Positions 60,459 through 64,000 of a DNA stretch of 64,000 bases are shown here, piece by piece. The translations under genes and the position numbers were made by a program. This stretch comes from Candidatus Cloacimonadales bacterium (GTDB lineage: Bacteria > Cloacimonadota > Cloacimonadia > Cloacimonadales > DAONDQ01): NCBI GenBank assembly GCA_963662275.1, contig OY759316.1:576001-640000 (forward strand), read 5' to 3'. The first letter of the stretch is position 1, and the number at the start of each line of letters is the position of its first letter. The notes below the pieces were generated by a model. That model was not told the origin of the DNA. It saw nothing but the letters and a program-made list of their open reading frames with translations, and did no database searches.

Positions 60459-60585
60459 ACCTTGCTGGATGCCAAATTCCGATTTGCAAATCTGACAGAC
60501 TTTGAGGAGATGGGGCATCCTGTGGAAAATCGGAACTCTCCACCCCCTGTCATTGTCGATAGTGAAAACCTGCTTTCAGTTAGGT

Positions 60586-60726
60586 TCAAAGCAGAATTAT
60601 ATTTTCCAGCTTATATTTATTATGAAATCTCTTCAAATCAGTGTTAGTCCATCTTGCAAATGCTTTCCAAATATTCTTCTGAAACTCACGGATGTCCTTT
60701 CCGACAGGTATGGAGATAATGCTGCA
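60586..60726 (-). pseudogene. Orphan 3' end of a second mcrC allele
   Basis: CSIISIPVGKDIREFQKNIWKAFARW matches the mcrC C-terminus at 24/26 aa. Confidence 0.85.
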
Positions 60727-60791
60727 TTATTTTTTAATCCTTGAAGGGATAAACATTATAGTTATTGCAATTACGCGTAACGCCTGACTTT

Positions 60792-61002
60792 CGGAACGCC
60801 TCACCCCGTGAGGTGGCAAAACGCACCCCGTGCGTTTCCAGTATTCAGTTTATCTCACAAGCAATTTATTCGCTTTCAATATATAATGTCAAATAGTTTT
60901 TCAGCTCATAAAGTCTTCATTTCTTTTATCATAAGCAGTTGTATACCCCAGTCTCGCAGCGCACGGGGTGCGCTGTGCCACCTCACGGGGTGAGGCGTTC
61001 CG
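60792..61002. repeat. REPIN/MITE-like element: 43-bp inverted repeats (2 mismatches) around a 125-bp core
   Basis: 60792-60834 versus 60960-61002; each arm contains two small hairpins. Confidence 0.85.
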
Positions 61003-62251
61003 GAACAATCCATCCTGCAAACGCATCCCATATATTCTTCTGAAACTCCCGGATATCCTTTCCAACAGGTATGGAAATTATGCTGCATTCTTTGTCAGAG
61101 GGATGATTCTCTCCAGGTTTATAATAATTACCTTTTCTTGGTGGATGTTCCCCCGGATATACCAAAGCCACTTTATCTGCCTGGCAATATTCATGATAAG
61201 CATACATCTGCCTCAAATCATCAGGAGATGGATTCCCTGTACCCAGGTTCTTCCATTTCGTATCCCAAACGAGTTTTTTGTTATCATTTTCAATGATGAT
61301 ATCTGGCTGAATACGAGACTTGTAACCATTCTCAGGTTTCCAGAAGTCCACTGGAATCTGTGCCTTGATATGATATCCTGCATAATTCTTCCTGATACTT
61401 TGTCTCAAACTGACATAAACAAATTGTTCCCACAGGGCATTCATATCGAACATCAACGCCAGGACATGATTTCTACCCGTGGAAATATCGGGGTGATATT
61501 GGAGCAAAATCAATCTTGCAATCTCTATAGCTTTTCTGTAGGGTTCAGTTTTTCGATTGTATGTGATGCTATCGAAGATAACTTCTGATACATTTATGTC
61601 GGGCATTTCAGGGAAATTCAATAACAAAGCCCCAATTCTGCTTTGAAGAATAGTACTTGTATTGATGTGTTTCAGCAAACGGATTGTCTTGTAGAGTATG
61701 AAATGCAATTTATGCTCAGCATCGAATGTCGAGTAGCTGATGTAGAACCGTTCCCGGTGAACGATGTTTTTCTGGATATGTTTACCGAATTTGATACAGC
61801 CTTTTAATGCAGTTGCATTGCCTTCAATTTTATGATACTTTTTAACCAGCCCTTTATGCAATAAGGATTCAACTTCTGCCAAGAATAACTCAAAGTACAG
61901 ATCGAGTATGGAATTTGATTTTAGCTGTAACGCACTGCTGCTGGGTGCTTTTACTTCGAATAAGCCAACCGTTTTCAACATCCCAATCAGCATGTTCCGC
62001 CAAGTTTCTTTCTCTTCCGCTTTTGTGCTTTTGTCTGATTTGGGTAATACTTCAATGACCGTATTTCCCACTTGTATCACACCCACGTATTCACAAAAAC
62101 GAATGCCGTTATGTATTAATGTGAAATACGGGACACCCTTCTCACCATAAACAGTTTGAAATGCCCTTAATTGCTCAAGAGAAAGATGTTGATTATCTGT
62201 TCCTAAATGAATACACTCATGTTCAAAAACAGCATAGGGAGACTTCAACAT
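60983..62251 (-). CDS. mcrC: McrC family restriction endonuclease subunit
   Basis: YVGVIQ, IEVLPK, FDMNALWEQFV, IQPDII, WDTKWK, DLRQMYAY. Confidence 0.92.
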   Translation of the reverse strand: MLKSPYAVFEHECIHLGTDNQHLSLEQLRAFQTVYGEKGVPYFTLIHNGIRFCEYVGVIQVGNTVIEVLPKSDKSTKAEEKETWRNMLIGMLKTVGLFEVKAPSSSALQLKSNSILDLYFELFLAEVESLLHKGLVKKYHKIEGNATALKGCIKFGKHIQKNIVHRERFYISYSTFDAEHKLHFILYKTIRLLKHINTSTILQSRIGALLLNFPEMPDINVSEVIFDSITYNRKTEPYRKAIEIARLILLQYHPDISTGRNHVLALMFDMNALWEQFVYVSLRQSIRKNYAGYHIKAQIPVDFWKPENGYKSRIQPDIIIENDNKKLVWDTKWKNLGTGNPSPDDLRQMYAYHEYCQADKVALVYPGEHPPRKGNYYKPGENHPSDKECSIISIPVGKDIREFQKNIWDAFAGWIVPERLTP

Positions 62252-62254
62252 CTA

Positions 62255-64000
62255 TCATTTACTCTTAAGAAGTGTCTGGATTGCACCTATGAAATCATCA
62301 TCACTCATCTGTGCAACATCTTGAAGCCGATAGATATGACGACTGTTCAAATCATCCACTCGATAATCATTAAAGTCTTCTAAGATATACTCTTCCGTAC
62401 TATCTTGTTTTCCACCATTCAAGAAAAACCCTTCCCGTAAAACCAGCCCTATCTTCCCATAATCTCCATAGAAATACTCCTGGAGTAGAGGTATGATCTT
62501 ATTATGAAATACATTCTTCAAACCTGACACGTCTTTAATAGACATCAAATAGCTATGCCCGATCATGTGATCTTTATCCACCAGCTTTTCAATGCGTTTA
62601 TTAATCTTCTGAAGCAAGTAATTCAGAGATACACCTGCAATTTCCTTATCCAGTTGAGGTAAATCATACAAAGGCTTCATTTCTTCAAAACAGAACCTTC
62701 TTCGCAAAGCAGTATCCAGAGCTTCAATGCTTCGGTCTGCTGTGTTCATTGTCCCGATGATATAAAGATTTGTCGGTACGCTGAACTTATCATGGCTATA
62801 AGGTAATGTTACTTCTAATGCTTCAGGTTTCCCTTGTCGTTTATCTTCTTCAATCAAGGTAATCAATTCCCCGAATATCTGGGATATATTGCCTCGATTG
62901 ATTTCATCGATGATGAGAACGAAATTAGTATTAGGTTCTGTGGATTCATTTAAATGATGCTTAAGCTTCAAATACTCTATTACACTATACAAGTAACTCT
63001 CCTGGAAAAACTTATGATTACCACTCAGTTGGCTGATCAGTTTTTCTTTTGTTAGAGAACCAGTTAGTTTTGAATCAAGATAGATATTGAGATTATCATG
63101 TCCATTAAGTGATATCTCAAAACTTCTACCTGTTTTTGTTTGTAACTGAATGGTTTCTTTTGCTTGCACAGAGATTTCTCTTATCAAACTCTGATATGCT
63201 TCTTCAAAGTTATTTTGTTTTGGAATATTAGCATTATCACAAATCCTTCTAAAGATTCCTGGTACGACATCATATTTTACATATCCATCATCTTCTGCTG
63301 GTGGTAATGGCTTCAAACCTTCAATAAAATCCTCATAACACATACTTTGATGGAAAGTAGTAAATACAATACGCCCTTTATTGGCATTCTCATCAAAGAG
63401 GGTTTTGATATCCTTACGGGGTTTGTTGCGTATATCTATATTCAGGATTTCGAGAGCTTTATTCACAGTGTTGTATGTCTTTCCAGTACCGGGAGGTCCA
63501 TAGAGTATTTGATTCAATGGAATATCAATTCTTGATTCAAGCATAGTTACCTCCACTTTTTGTACATTTGTCTCTACTTTATTTGGTTCTAATATTACCT
63601 TAAACACATTTTCAAAGTCAGACCACATTTCAATTAGTGCGTTTTTAAGATAAGCTTTTTCTCTATCTGGATCATTTATCAAATCATCCCATGTGACACT
63701 TTTACTTGGAGATAAAAATGCATCCCAATGCATAAAACGCTCATCAACCCTTTGATATTTATTACTGAAATTATCTGCAATATATTCTCGAATATCATTT
63801 TGTATCTCAAGCAACTTATCATTAAGTATTGATTTTTTATTTTGCCTAATTTTGCCATAATGTATATAATACCTGACTTCAACATCTCTATGTTTACCTA
63901 CATGAATTCTCAGAGTTGCATGTGCATTATTAAAATTTGTTTGAAATGATCTCAAATACTTTGAATAACATACAAACCATTTATCTGGACTGGATTGATA
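62255..64000 (-). CDS. mcrB: McrB family AAA+ GTPase (5' end beyond window)
   Basis: NQILYGPPGTGKT, FHQSMCYEDFIEG, IIDEINRGN, GTMNTADRS, LRRRF; frame open to the window edge. Confidence 0.93.
   Translation of the reverse strand, partial: YQSSPDKWFVCYSKYLRSFQTNFNNAHATLRIHVGKHRDVEVRYYIHYGKIRQNKKSILNDKLLEIQNDIREYIADNFSNKYQRVDERFMHWDAFLSPSKSVTWDDLINDPDREKAYLKNALIEMWSDFENVFKVILEPNKVETNVQKVEVTMLESRIDIPLNQILYGPPGTGKTYNTVNKALEILNIDIRNKPRKDIKTLFDENANKGRIVFTTFHQSMCYEDFIEGLKPLPPAEDDGYVKYDVVPGIFRRICDNANIPKQNNFEEAYQSLIREISVQAKETIQLQTKTGRSFEISLNGHDNLNIYLDSKLTGSLTKEKLISQLSGNHKFFQESYLYSVIEYLKLKHHLNESTEPNTNFVLIIDEINRGNISQIFGELITLIEEDKRQGKPEALEVTLPYSHDKFSVPTNLYIIGTMNTADRSIEALDTALRRRFCFEEMKPLYDLPQLDKEIAGVSLNYLLQKINKRIEKLVDKDHMIGHSYLMSIKDVSGLKNVFHNKIIPLLQEYFYGDYGKIGLVLREGFFLNGGKQDSTEEYILEDFNDYRVDDLNSRHIYRLQDVAQMSDDDFIGAIQTLLKSK

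Noticed and set aside
60968..61588. 206-aa + strand ORF
   Set aside because: Antisense shadow of mcrC; its similarity to ORF 60502-60744 only reflects the duplicated mcrC end
1..64000. tRNA or rRNA genes
   Set aside because: No cloverleaf or rRNA-like sequence recognised in the intergenic regions

Overview
AT-rich bacterial chromosomal window from a probable diderm anaerobe. FlgD/T9SS-like C-terminal domains and FGE/C-lectin-fold proteins suggest Candidatus Cloacimonadota, which is an inference only. Layout: (1) 1-22 kb is a surface-glycan synthesis and modification locus. It holds an amino-dideoxy sugar pathway feeding an Arn-like lipid-carrier module (GT2, DUF2304, SMR flippase, GT-C). It also holds an expanded acyl-transfer system: FabH, SDR, two ACPs, three MBOAT/SGNH pairs and an unannotated 52-aa DltX-like peptide. 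(2) 22-39 kb has a secreted agmatine/peptidylarginine deiminase, a GNAT, a hybrid histidine kinase, a chrA pair, lepA, an IS256/Mutator-like element and an RND pair. (3) 39-42 kb is a repeat-rich hotspot with an FGE-domain fragment and an IS110 element. (4) 42-59 kb is housekeeping: an amino-acid dehydrogenase complex, trxB, degP, mreB-mreC-[CofE-like]-mreD-pbp2-rodA, lolC/E and lysS. (5) 59-64 kb has a CTD-protein/FGE-lectin pair, an orphan second mcrC 3' end and mcrBC. Best novelty candidates are the acyl-ACP MBOAT system (fused and split DltX-type shuttles, Cys in place of the SGNH nucleophile) and the CofE-like ligase inside the elongasome operon. All calls come from by-eye motif reading; no searches were run.
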